A stretch of 63,383 nt of DNA, filler included, from Octopus bimaculoides (GCF_001194135.2; 4 parts of 3 records of this genome joined end to end with filler, not necessarily neighbours in it); one strand, 5' to 3'. Numbered from the whole stretch's first letter, positions 12,516 to 25,799 are shown. Notes: generated from the sequence alone by a model not told the origin. Numbers and translations: made by a program.

Positions 12516-15369
12516 GTATATATAAATACATATAAATACTACATTAGTATGCATGTATATATGGATGCACCACTAGCCGGTATGCAATTTATACATATAT
12601 TTATCATTTATAGTGTGAATGAACTGGTCATTATAGTAGAATATACATGGCCGCATGAATTTCTTAAACATAACAACAGGCTAACATTCTTTTCAAAATG
12701 TTCATCATGCATTAGATGATGCATTCCTGATCAAAATACAAAGGCATAACATGTCGATTTTTTTTTTTTTTTCTGAAATATGCTCTCCCTGATCAACTTT
12801 TCCCCAAAGGCTAGGGGCAAGGTTGATCAGGGTATAAACCATCAACAGTGTCATCAAAATAATCTTGTAAGATATAAAAAAGAATCGAATGTCTCATGGC
12901 TTCAAACATTAAGGCAGGGCTCGCCTAAAAGAGAAAGTATTGCTTAACATTTGCTCTTAGACACCATACGCAATAGATATAAAACAAATTCGTACTCGTA
13001 TGTTTCAAACAACTGGCCTCATTGAAAAGATACGTACACGTATCTTTCAAACTACTCGCCTCAGTGAAAGGATTTTTCCAATGTTTGCAGTAATTTCGAT
13101 TCTCCGTTTTGTTTTCAGACATATATCATTATTCGTGCCTTTCTGCCTGCCAGGCCGCTAGCCGGAGAGTGCAGACCCTCGAAAATAGGTCGGAAATACT
13201 CTCCTTCACGTTAATAGGTTTGTCATTAAGAAGGCATCACAACAAAAGTGAAATGCAAGTTAACAAAACCCGTCACGTCAGGTCATTAAGGTCATGATTT
13301 CACAGAAAAGCCTAGGAAATGACTGGAATACTGGAATATAATCACACATTCACACTCTCCAAATTATTCCCCACAAATACGCTTCCAAAAGTAACAGAGT
13401 TTTCCTGGTTAATCATTGAGAAGACGTAGGTGTTGCCTTGGCAGAGGTTTGCACTCTCTGAGTGCTCTTGTATTATATTTGATTGAAATGGAAGATGACA
13501 ATCTAGCAGCGCTGTTAGCACGCGGACAGAATGCTTAGCTTCATTTTTTTTCCGCCTTTACGCTGTGAGTTCGAATTCCGTCTAAGTCGATGTTGCCTTT
13601 TTTCCCTTTCCGGGTTGATGAAATGACTAACGTTTGTGATGCATGTAATCAACGAAACCCCTTCAAGCAAATCTCACTCATTGTGCCTATAAAAAGTATG
13701 GGGTATTTGCATATGTCCATTAATCCTCATAATCCTGCGATAGTTAAATACATATTTCAAATTCTTCTCAGCTTAGCGTTGCCTCGCAGCACACAAGGCA
13801 CGATTAAAGCCCATTCAACTGACGTCTTCTATCTATGTATTCCTTTCTCTTTTCTTCTGGCTATTACTCTCAGAAAATCGGTAATGTTTTGTAAGAGGTG
13901 TTTCGGGATCTATCATACGTATTGAGTGGTTACACATAATCTAAGTTACAATTTAGTGTATTGTTTTGTTTTTTTTTTAGAAAAAACATTTATTTATTCT
14001 TAGAATGATAAGGAAGTATAGTAGTAGCATTTTCAAAGATTGTAATACCTTTATATGTATTATATTTGTAACATATCAATAACGTCCGAGAATGTCATAA
14101 TATGGAAGCCCCTTTGAGAAAGACTATTGATTGTTATTGAATGCAAAGGAATTAAACTATACCGTAATATCTGATTGAATTTCAAAGAAAGTTCGCAATC
14201 CGTGTTTTGTGCTCTCTACTAATATTATGTAATTTAGTCGATAGAATGGACCAAATTATTTTCTATATTTTATGAATTATAGCTGTACTTATGCAAAATG
14301 TTTCTATATACATAAGAATGATATAAATCTATTAAATTAAGCAACAGGAAGTTTGTTACTTGAATGTATTTCTGAGTTTCTCAACAGAATTATGTCACCG
14401 ATTTTAAAATTTTTTATAAATTTTTTATCACGCATAGATGTTTCGTAAACCCTTCTGACCACTTTAATTAAACTAAATATAATAGATTTGCCTTTATTGA
14501 TGAATTTTAAAATAATCTACCTATGGAAATTCTTATTTACTATGCGGTTGTAGAGAGATTAGAGGCCAGAAGGCAATATGCATGTGCTCCGCCTACTATT
14601 TTGTTCACAACATTTGAATCTGGTTTCGTGGTAACAATATATTTGAATTTGTATAAATCATATTAAATCCTACAACCCATATTTTGCAGATGGCAGTTCG
14701 CGAAATCTAATCAAAGAAGATTTGAACAACTTAAATGGGAGATTTAGAATTCATATAGAATATGTCAGAATTATTATATTTTATCTTTCAGAATTGGAAA
14801 TCTCTCTAGTCGTCCACTCAGAAATTCAAAATTCTATGACAGTCATGTTATTTCACTACGAGACGAGAATTTTCGCAGGAATGATGACGGTCAGATACAA
14901 GAGACAAACACTACCTTTGATGCCAAGGTATTGGGGTCCATCACAGATTCTAGTGTGTAAAGGGTCACCATCTATTATTATTGGTTCTACATTTGAACAT
15001 CTATACGCAAAATTTGCCTCGCAAAGATCTGCTTTAACGGATGCATGGTAAGCAAGTCTCCCTTCGTGTCACTCACGTTCATTTATGGGAAAGGCACATG
15101 ATTGCATCGATACAATTTAGCACGAGTAACATCACAGCCGTTTCTATCAAAATGTTAAGAGATGTAAATATCAGAATAAATATCATCCGATCCTCTAATA
15201 ATTCTATTACTCTACTGGTCTACTTTGATATTATTTATTATCAAACACTGAAATATAAAGTTTACATATATTGGAATCAGAGATGCAGAAGAAATATCGC
15301 AAATCCTCATCACAAACTCTTTAGAATTTCTGCCAATTCTTTTAGTGGATATAGAAACGCGAGTCTTTA

Positions 15370-16055
15370 AGCACACATTACATGCAGCGTGCATTTGTAA
15401 GAGAGTTCTCTAAAACGTTACCAACGGCAATGCAAATTAGGACATGGCACAAAGATTTCAAAGAGGAAGACTGTCTGTGCAGAGCAAAAGGATCTGGACG
15501 ACCACTGACATCGGAAGAGACGGTCGAGCGGATTCGACAAAAACTCTTCCGAAGCACCAAGAAGTCCATAAGAATACCAAGTCTAGAAACCGAGATTCCT
15601 CCAACAACGGTTTGGCGCGTCCTGAGAAAACGCTTGCTAATTAAACCCTACAAGCTGCAGTTCGTTCAGGCCATAACGGCAGGTGACAAACGAAAGCGTA
15701 AGCATGATGCTATGCGAAAGGCCTGGTCTATATCCACACCTCTTCCTGCAAACGTAGAGGAACTCGAGCAGAGAATCACTACTGCACTGGAGACGGTTAT
15801 CCGAGACATACTGCAACGTGTTTAGGAGGGGCTGGACAACTGATATGGCGTGTGCTGTGTCTCAGGCGGTGCCCGTATTGAACATTTGTGAAATCGTTCA
15901 GGGCATCCACATACCTTTGAATTTCTGATTCAAATTTTGAAGAATAAATTTTATGTTGCGCAACATTAAGCCTGTTTAGTTTCATTTACTTTGACTATGT
16001 AGTTTCTGTAATATTTACATCAGAAATGATATCAAATGTTTTGAAACACCCTGTA
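15370..16055 (+). mobile_element. Tc1/mariner-superfamily (maT/DD37D-like) internally deleted transposon
   Basis: ORF with GSGRPLTSEETVERIRQKLFRSTKKSIR...TTVWRVLRKRLLIKPYKLQFVQ fused to the C-terminal PLPANVEELEQRIT; right TIR GAAACACCCTG-TA at 16043-16055. Confidence 0.8.
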
Positions 16056-18744
16056 CAATGGAAAGCTACTCATGGGTACAATAGATGTTCCTAAACGTGA
16101 AACACAAGAACTCAACGGAGGCAATTTTGTAAACCTGAAGTACATTCGACTAATCAGGTTACCACTAGATTCTCGAAAGATATGTTTAATGTGCATGTAT
16201 GGAATGGCATGGTTTATAAGAAGCATTCTAGAAGTGTAGAATTTAGCATGTGGTAAGGAAATTATAATATCCCATAGAGTTTTTTGTGATCGAGGATTGA
16301 CATAACTTCCTTCGATTGTTGCGAAATTGTGTGAGATATATGAATCAATATGGAAACTGTTTTCAACATTAGCAAAACAGTTTTGCTCTGGCGTTTTAAC
16401 ACTGTTCTTAGTATCTTGAATGATTCGTTATTCCTGCTGCAGCACAGGGAAATACGTCGCTTTTAACATGAATTAATTTAGAGAATTTGCAAGATTTACC
16501 GGATGATATATGAAGAATGATTTAAGAAGCCTGATAATTCCATTTCCAGAATATCCTATAAAAAAATGAATATATTTTTTTCTCCTACCTCGCAATACCT
16601 TTGCAAATTTTGGAGCGATATTCAGCATTTTGTTTAGTTTACATAATTCCATAATTGTTGAATGTCGTAATAGCGTTTATTATTTATTTCAATTACGAAA
16701 TTACTTTGAACTTTCGATCAAGAAAGACCGATTATGATTACATTATGAAGCTGGTTTAAGTCTTGTAATCAAAGAATATTAAGTATGTGGAGGTTTTTGG
16801 TGTAAACACCGTGACTACTACTCGAGTTTTCAAGAAGAAGCCTTCTAAAATGACTAACTCTTCATAAATTTAACGCATCATACGCATCAGTGGATATAAT
16901 AGGCAAATTCTTTCAGATCTGATTTAATTTACCATTATCAAATTGCATTATGAAACCCGATATATTCATTCTACTAACAGAGGCAGAATTACAGTTTATT
17001 GCAGAATAAACAAATGGATACGAAGTATTATGTTTCTCTTGTATTAAACAATAATCCATAATTTTGTTCATTTGGGCATGCATGGCTTTCGTTTCCTTAA
17101 TTAGGCAAATAATAAACACATTTATATCCGTACACACACACACACACACTCACACACACATACACATTTACGCATAAATACATATGCTATATAATAACTG
17201 CGTGTGTGTGTTCATTTACGTATACAGACAGAAATATGCACAAACATATAGGTGCGCATATGTATGTGGGTGAGGTGCTTGGCATTTTTAACTTTACACT
17301 CATGATCGGATGATAGTGGTTTCGATGCATTGTGTTCTGGAGCAAAATCCTTCATCTCCCGTTACTCCAGGCCACCCGGCTGGCAAATGTATACGCTACA
17401 GAATCCCTGAGACTGGCCTTACGAATCTCGGGTACGTGAAGGACATTTCTTCGTTTATATACGTACGGGTGCTGTAAAGTTCCTGTATGCATGTATGTGT
17501 GTATGTGTGTGGGTATTTGTTGTATGTATAATGAAGGTGCATGGCTCAGTGGGTGTAATAACGTCAGTCTCACAATCATCAGATAGAGAGCCCGATTCCT
17601 GGACGGGGAAGAGTGTTGTGTTCAGGAAGACACATTCTTTTATGTCGTTCCAGTACACTCACCTGTAGATATAAGTTGCGAAGCTGTATTTGCTTTTGGC
17701 TTTGCTTTTCGCTATGATAATATTGATGGCGTTTAGAAGGGAAGCTGGTATGTATGGCCGACTGCTGGTATTCCGTAAACAACCTTGCCCAAATTAGTGC
17801 CTTTTTACTCTTTTCAGAAATTTATACGTTTGTAGATACATACATACATATAAGTATATATTTTCACATGTGTGTATATATTTATTTATTAAATATGTAT
17901 AAGGATAGAGAAAGTAGGAGAGAGGGAGAGAGAAAGAGAAAGATTAAATGAGCGGAGGGGCAATATTTTTTTATCATTTACTCCAAAGAATGGAAACTTA
18001 ATTTTTTTTCCTTCTAAATGTTTGATAGGTATATATCTGTTTGTCACGCGATTTCTTGAAATTTTAGACACGTGATTTAAGATTTCCTAATACAAGAACT
18101 TTTTGCTATGCTTTTAATCTTTGCCTGAAACAGTATTCATGTTCTGGAAATGGTAATAACTATAACCGCGCTGTAAGACATCTTTTATTGAATGGAAAGT
18201 TCCTCTAATTTTTTGCAAATCTTATTAAGTTTATATTAATTACTTTATATCCCTACGAACTTGTTTTAATTACTAAAACAATAAATTCCATTACACAATG
18301 CATTTTCTCTCAAAAATATATATTTATTCATAGCATTTTATCCATTAGACATATAGCATTAAGAGGGGATTATGCATTTAACATTTTGATTCCTTTTTCT
18401 GAATTATAATTTAGAATATATTCACAAATATTTTTTCGATTTATCAAATAATTGTTATATTTATAATTCTTTTACGAGGAGACCAGAATAATGGAATTAT
18501 AATATAGTTTATGTGACGTTTATATCAAAGAATTGCTATTTCCAGTGCACTTAACACATTAAAACGAATGTTTTCATTATTGAATTAAGTTCAAAACTAA
18601 TGATGTACTATACGTTTCAAAATATCCTACATATTTTTTATATATTGTACGCATTTATAAAATGCATTTGGTTCATATATACATAAGAATATAGGGAGAA
18701 GAAGAATTATAACATCAGTAAACATATAATTATAGATAGTATGT

Positions 18745-18884
18745 TCATAACATGCTGAATAATACAATGTGATAAAACATTTTTCCAAGTATTGCAGCTA
18801 TGAAAATAAGCAAAGACCAAACGGAGATATTACCGCAGCTACAGACACCGTACACATGGCCATGCATATCAGAGTGATTTTCAC
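18745..18884 (-). CDS. Candidate terminal exon, (G)ENHSDMHGHVYGVCSCGNISVWSLLIFIAAILGKMFYHIVLFSML*, hydrophobic C-terminus
   Basis: Branch-like tctaaat, pyrimidine tract and NAGNAG acceptor tttagcag|; phase-compatible with 20822-20874; AATAAA downstream on the minus strand near 18323. Confidence 0.35.
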
Positions 18885-20055
18885 CTGCTAAATTGAGAGA
18901 TAAGGATAATTTAGAATGCGTAACATCTTCGAAAGCACGTATGCATTTTACTCCCGAAAACTTATCAATGATAAATGAAATTGTAGTGAAGGAAATTATA
19001 AAATACACTAATGTAGAATAGCTCAGATTTTGATATTCAGTGAAAAAAAAAACTATCAAACAGAACTTTGCAACAATATATTTTAGATACAAACGAATGT
19101 CGATATGTAATATGAATTGTGCGTTACAGCTAGAATGTTCAAACATGGCAATGGCATGGGTTATTGAAAGAGAAACAAGGTGAATATATTTATAGTTACG
19201 AAATATATATANNNNNNNNNNNNNNNNNNNNNNNNNNNNNNNNNNNNNNNNNNNNNNNNNNNNNNNNNNNNNNNNNNNNNNNNNNNNNNNNNNNNNNNNN
19301 NNNNNNNNNNNNNNNNNNNNNNNNNNNNTATATATATATATATATATGTTTGTGTGAATGAGTGTTTGTAGGACAAAGGTAACCGACAGGAAATCTAGAG
19401 ATAGACATCGAAGAAGATAGCTGTGGATAATATTCACGAGGTCAGTTGGTCTCGCTCGGTTATTCAGCCCGATCAAGTAGCGATGGTTCCTTTTCACAGA
19501 GCTTGATGGAAAGCATGATTGAGGATTCTGTCCCCACACGGAATAAGTGGGTGAAGGGTAAGAAATGTGATAAGACGTTATTGAAGCCAGATTCGTTAAA
19601 GTAAAGTTCACTTGTATAGATGCCATAATAACATGAGTAATGATTATTTTCATTCATATTCTCGATTGCAATGCTAAAGATCTAAACAAATACTGCGTTA
19701 AGAAACTATTTCCTGTATATGAACATGACTTCGGCTGAAATTATACTCATTGAAATATTTTTGAACGTGACCTATCATCAGGTAAATGTAATACGTATGT
19801 GGAAACGGAAGAAGTGTTCTTCTCTCGTTATAATTTCTCCTTGAACTTTAAATGTTGATAAAACTCCTTCATCACTTTCTTTACAAATCTCAGTTGTTCC
19901 AACAGAAGTTATTTCCAAAAGAAAAGAAAAAAAGAAGAAAACGAAAGTCGAATCATCTTGTCTTCCTAGCGAAGCAGTTTATTTTTGCTGCACAAGATTC
20001 TAATGGCTCAGTATGTGTGCATACATATTTCAATTTTACAATCTCTAAGGCGTCG

Positions 20056-20490
20056 AGCTAGCAGAAACGTCAACACACCGGGCGAAATGCTTAGCCGTAT
20101 TTCGTCTGTCGTTACGTTCTGAATTCAAATTACGCCGAGGTTGACTTTGCCTTTCATCTTTTCGGGGTCGATAAATTACGTAGCACTTACGCACTGGGTT
20201 CGATGTAATCGACAAAATCCGTGTGTCTGTCCTTGTTTGTCCACTCTGTGTGTAGCCCCTTGTGGGCAGTAAAGAAATAAGAAACGTTAGCACACCAGGC
20301 GAAATGCTTGGTAGTATTTCATCTGTCTTTATGTTCTGAGTTCAAATTCCGCAGTGGTCGACTTTGCCCTTCATCCTTTCGGGGTCGATACATTAACTAC
20401 CAGTTGCGTACAGTAGTCGATCTAATTGGCTGGTCCCCCCACCAACAAAAAACAAATTCAGACCTTGTGCCTAGAGTAGAAAAAAAATTA
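20056..20490 (+). mobile_element. Two tandem tRNA-SINEs (family B), CpG-intact
   Basis: Repeated ggcgaaatgctt..gtatttc.tctgtc.tta.gttctga.ttcaaatt.cgc...gactttgcc.ttcatc.tttcggggtcgata; related copies near 13.5, 24.4-24.8, 47.8, 49.8-50.2, 51.2-51.5, 55.2-55.4 and 62.6-62.8 kb. Confidence 0.8.
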
Positions 20491-20821
20491 CAATCTCTGC
20501 TCAGCAACACAGACATACTGATTAATGTTTCTATTTTTAACTCCGTAATTAATACATTTTAGAGGCATTCCTGTCCTTGAATTTACCTTTTTATACACGG
20601 AAAGTTATTCACATTATAAACTACCCAACATTTCCCCCTTTTCTGTTGACATGTACGTGTAACATCTTGGCAACTATACACTCTCCCTACTTCCATTATA
20701 ATTCTTCTTGTTTAGGATTTCATCCCATAGTTTCAAGACAATTTGCTTTTGTAGTGGTTCTACTCAGTAGTTTAAGCTATTAAATTTCGCTTGCGATCTA
20801 TGGCAAGCCATTTCGGATTAC

Positions 20822-20874
20822 CTTTTGTGACAGGCACTGGGAATGCGCATATTTTCCGGGCCTCTGTAGAAGAT
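20822..20874 (-). CDS. Candidate 53-nt exon (SSTEARKICAFPVPVTK in one frame)
   Basis: Acceptor tttttttttatgtag| and donor AAG|GTAATC; GC/CpG-richer than flanks; no homology recognised. Confidence 0.35.
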
Positions 20875-22057
20875 CTACATAAAAAAAAATGTTCTTTTCA
20901 ATACGATGAAGAGTGTAAACAATATGACCGTTCGTGTACGAACATAGTGTCAGCAGCACTAATACATATATATGTAATTTAAGTAAGAGTAACGTAAATG
21001 TGCCAGTTAGTAGCAGGAATTTATCAGTATTTTAAAAAAAATATTACAACGCCATATTAAAAATAGCTATTTGGTGAAAGGTGACAAGGCAAAATAGACA
21101 AATCCATTTAGAAAAAAGACCATTTTACATAATATTTTTATTCTAAATATTGGTTTCAAATATTGGCACGGAGAGAGATAAATTGATTGCAGTGCTAAAT
21201 TGTTATTTAATTTATCGACATCGAAAGGATGAAGAGTAAAGTCAATCTCGGTTAGTACACTTCCTTCGGGTTTCGTTTAGATATTTCATACTTGTATATT
21301 CAGCAAGGATTTTATCCCTGTGTATGAGTGGAAGGTTTTTGTTTTTCCCTATTTTTTCTAATTACAAACGAAAGTTCTTCACGCACACATCGGACGTCAA
21401 TTAAAAATTAAATAAAACGAAGATATTCACTTTACAGTTAATTAGGAAGAAACAAAATGTATTTCAGAGACTAGCAGATTCTGACACGAAGTAAACCGAA
21501 GGTCAATATTTCTTGTCACGTGAAATAAAATATTAATATATGTTTAGTAGTAGTACGGTTTTAAATTGTTAATTGCTTAATTAATCATTTAACGCAGCAT
21601 GTAACATGGTTTAGAAAAAATCTCATAGAACACAGTGTTAAAAAGTAAAGGAATGTGAACCGGATATAGACCTCATACTCCAAAAATAGTGTTTGTTTTT
21701 CCTTAGAACGTAATCAGATATATATTAATATATACAAACATTTATAGATGTTTTAAAGCAATAAAACCAATTCATTTATGAGTATACATTGTAAGCGTGA
21801 TTGATATAAAGATATAAGTGTAATAAAATGAATTCATCATTTATTTCTTCGTAAAAACAAACTTGTATTTCAAACTTACATTGTGTTTGACAATTCAAAC
21901 CTCCGACATAAATTTGCCCTATTCACATCTCAGTTATTCAATTTACAAAATCAATTTCCGTTCATCAAAAGATATACATTCCAAACAGTTTTCAATGTTT
22001 ATTTACATGCGAAATCTATTTATTTACACGCTCACATTTTTCCACACAAATACAAAT

Positions 22058-22088
<31 letters not shown>

Positions 22089-22218
22089 CGCACACACACA
22101 CACACACACATACATCAGTATATGTAAAGGCACGTCTGCTTGTAAATCTAACTGCCTATCTATCTATCTATTTATCTACCTATCTATCTAACAAACTAAC
22201 TACATGTCTGTATGACGG

Positions 22219-22262
<44 letters not shown>

Positions 22263-22697
22263 CATAATTATTTATCTATCTATCTATCAGTCGGAGGGCG
22301 GAAAAAGGATACATACATATATGCTTAAATCAATGGGAATGGAATTTAACACAAAATATGATTGGCTGTAATTTGTCTACTCATCAAATTTACTACAGCC
22401 TAAAACTTGGTAACAGTACTCTACAAAGAAAAAGAAAAGTCAAAACAATTTCCGACAACATTATCAAAACATGATTGGTTATCAATGCATATAAGTTTGT
22501 TTCAGTTAGGAATGAGTTTAGCTTCTAACCTAGTCATTCTACAACAGAGTGCCTTTACAGTGTTTCAATTACCTCTCTGTCGAACAATGTCTTAAATCTA
22601 GGTGATTGCCTTGTTTTATAATTGCGTACTTATATACATACATGTATACGATAGTAAACTTACATGTATTCGTACATACACAAATACATACATACGC

Positions 22698-22732
<35 letters not shown>

Positions 22733-22976
22733 NNNNNNNNNNNNNNNNNNNNNNNNNNNNNNNNNNNNNNNNNNNNNNNNNNNNNNNNNNNNNNNNNNNN
22801 NNNNNNNNNNNNNNNNNNNNNNNNNNNNNNNNNNNNNNNNNNNNNNNNNNNNNNNNNNNNNNNNNNNNNNNNTATATATATATATATATATGTATGTATA
22901 TATATATATATGGGAGAATATACAAATAATAACAACAGACGAGGACAGGTGGTGTAAATAACAAAAGTATATATTA

Positions 22977-23190
22977 GTGCGCAGGAGCAGCTGTGTAGTA
23001 AAAGGCTCGCTTACCAACCACATGGTTCTGAGTTCGATTCCAGGAAGTGACTTGAATAACGATAATAATAGTATTAATAACATCGAGATATACCTTAGGA
23101 ATGAGAACCCAGGTTCGAAATTTCCCCCAAGACGCCTGATGAAGGCTGGAGGGTATCCCAGCCGAAACGTTATGTTAACAACAAAAAACA
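22977..23190 (+). mobile_element. tRNA-headed SINE carrying a minimal hammerhead ribozyme (Penelope-type tail)
   Basis: B-box GTTCGATTCC at about 23032; CTGATGA (23136-23142), stem II GGCTGG/CCAGCC, GAAAC-GTT; homologous to 38655-38940 and 12190-12285. Confidence 0.8.
23131..23176 (+). ncRNA. Type I minimal hammerhead ribozyme motif; predicted cleavage after GUU at 23171
   Basis: Conserved core CUGAUGA and GAAA with a 6-bp stem II; stem III reduced to palindromic ACGT (dimeric-HHR type); stem I weakened in this copy. Confidence 0.75.
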
Positions 23191-23199
23191 TGAGCACAA

Positions 23200-23370
23200 T
23201 GAAAGTAAAATCAATATCAATAATAATTGGAGCATTGGGTAGGATAAAAATACACATCAACAAAAAGTAGAAACTATACCTGGAACTTCGAACCTATACA
23301 CTGTCCAAGATGTAGCCCTGGTAGCAACAGCCCACAACCTACGCAAGACACTATCAATCCAATAATACAA
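23200..23370 (+). mobile_element. Old R4/Dong-like C-terminal remnant
   Basis: KVKSISIIIGALGRIK...PGTSNLYTVQDVALVATAHNLRKTLSIQ*, homologous to the 62.3-62.4 kb C-terminus. Confidence 0.7.
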
Positions 23371-25377
23371 ATTAAACAAAACAACCCATTTTCATGGTAT
23401 ACGTTACCATAAACATCGTCACTGTAATCATCACTCATTCCGCCTCTTCTCTATAGTCATCAAAACAAATCAATCTCCTCCGCCGCTGCCTGCATTAAGC
23501 GTCGCACACCACCGACAACTGGCCACTCTCAGCCATACATTCTATTAATGAAGATCATATATATTATTACAGTCATCACAAACGCGATCATTAACACCTT
23601 CATCACTACCGAGCTAAGTTATCTCCACCTTCTACAACATTCGTTGCTACTAACAGCTACTGCTTAGTACTATCCTAGTAGGTGTTAACATCAAGATTAG
23701 CTGTATTACTGTCGTCATCATTATTACTAATACCTCCTTGGAACATCTCCGGTCATTTTATCTGCTACCCTGTCTTCAGGTAAATGGCTGTTATTTGGCA
23801 CTTGTCCCAATCTTTCTTTGCAGTAAGAGATTTATTAAAATACCTTTTATAAGTTTGTAATTCGGCTCAGATTGTGTCTTGGAACAAATCTATTCTGTCG
23901 CGCTCATTATATTAATTTATATTATAAATCAATTCTTCAAATTATATGTTTCATAAATGTTTATAATCCTCAAACTTACTCCCAAATTACCTCATAATTC
24001 ATGAAGTTCTTCGTAATTGTAAAATATATGCTTAGATTTAAAATAGTATATCTAACAATTACTTTATTTCAACGGATCTCATCGTTGCAAAAATATTTTG
24101 ATTTATACATATTTCAAGTCACAGTTTTATCGCTAATTGACTATCATATACTAAAATGAGGGCTTAATGAAATTGAATTGATATATGTTGTGACAGTTAG
24201 TCTTGTCTTCCATGCGTAATACCTCAACTACAATTTAAGCATTTCATTAAGAGTTTCATTTCTTTTCCATATAACTATTCGCAATTAAACACGTTATTTC
24301 ATAACAAAAGTATTATGACTACACCTTACTTAGAATCATTTTGTAATTATACAACAACTTTTCAACGGATAGAATCTTAATCATAATCGTATTGATTTTG
24401 AATTTTGGCAAAAAAGGCAGAAAGATCGGAGGCAGCGGTAAGTTTATTAGATCGTCTACAGTGATCAACTGCTACTAATTTTCTCGAACACAAAATGATG
24501 AAATGCAGAGTTGGCCTCGGGAGATTTTAAACCCAGAACTTACAGCCGGAAGAAATATCGCTAAACGTTTCGCCGGGCATGCTAATAATTCTGCCAGAGC
24601 GGCGCCTTGCTATAATCTTATTAATACAAGTTAATAATTATTGTTGTTGAACTGAAAGAATCGTTAGCAAGTCGGACAGAATACATTGCGGCTTTTCTTC
24701 CGGTTTTACGCCCTGAGGTCTAATTCTGTCGTCTTTCCATTTAATTCATTCGTGGTTGGTGAAATAATTTTTACCAGTTGAGCACCGAGATCCATATAAT
24801 TGACTTCAACCCAAAATGTCAGGCCTTGTAGAAGGAATTAACATTTCCACCAATATTTTTTGATTACTGTTAGTTTTCTCAATATTACATAGAGATACTT
24901 AATGGATTATATTGGAAACTGAAAACTTTACGAAGTATATCTCGAAAGTTTAGGAGTCCGTCCTTCTGACGAGAACAACGTACATGGAATATTTTTTATT
25001 TATTTAAACTCATCTATTAGAAAATCAATGTGAGTACAGTTTATTGGTTGTAAGTGGATTGGCCACAAATATGCAAGGATTTGAGGGATATTTCGTTTGA
25101 CCATTATATATCATAAAAATAATAACGGAAATAAATAATATAGTAAAATAATATCGTAAAATAAGGTGATAGAAAAACGTAAGTATAAATTGCAAACTCT
25201 TGAGGAAACGGTGAAGAAACTGGATGAATGGAGATAGAGTTACATCAGGAAAACCGATCGAATGAAAATACGGAGCAAATATTAGGAAACAGGAGGAAAA
25301 TTTAGAGTAAAAAAAAATCGAAAAACAGGAGGAAGTGGGTAGAAAAAAAAACAGTGAACATGGAAAGAATGGACTAG

Positions 25378-25460
25378 CAAGAAGAAGAAGAAGAAGAAGA
25401 AGAAGAAGAAGAAGAAGAAGAAGAAGAAGAAGAAGAAGAAGAAGAAGAAGAAGAAGAAGA
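25378..25460. repeat. (GAA)n microsatellite
   Basis: Direct reading. Confidence 0.98.
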
Positions 25461-25799
25461 AATAAAAAAGAAAGGAAGAAATAAAATAAAAAGAGGAACT
25501 AGAAGAAAAAGAAGGTGATAGTGGCAGTAGTTATAATTGTGATGATGGTGCTGCTGGCTGCATTGATGAGATAATGACGATGAAAAATATGAAATGAGAG
25601 GAAAAAAACTTGGTCGTTTCGGTAACAGATGTCGATTATAGAACATAGGAAATACGAAAGATCTGCGTAAAATGGACATTAAATTCGTCCAATTATAAAT
25701 GGAATTGAATGAGAATAGTACGAGTTACTTGGTATTCAAGGGAGGAAACCCATTTGGAACTGAATGAAATCTTCACCAAGATGTTCTCAGTTCAATTCC

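Noticed and set aside
23740-23785. TTCAG|GTAAAT donor with the FR phase-2 ending required for the missing BTB exon
   Set aside because: Upstream translation (NISGHFICYPVFR) has no DRDG or BTB similarity.
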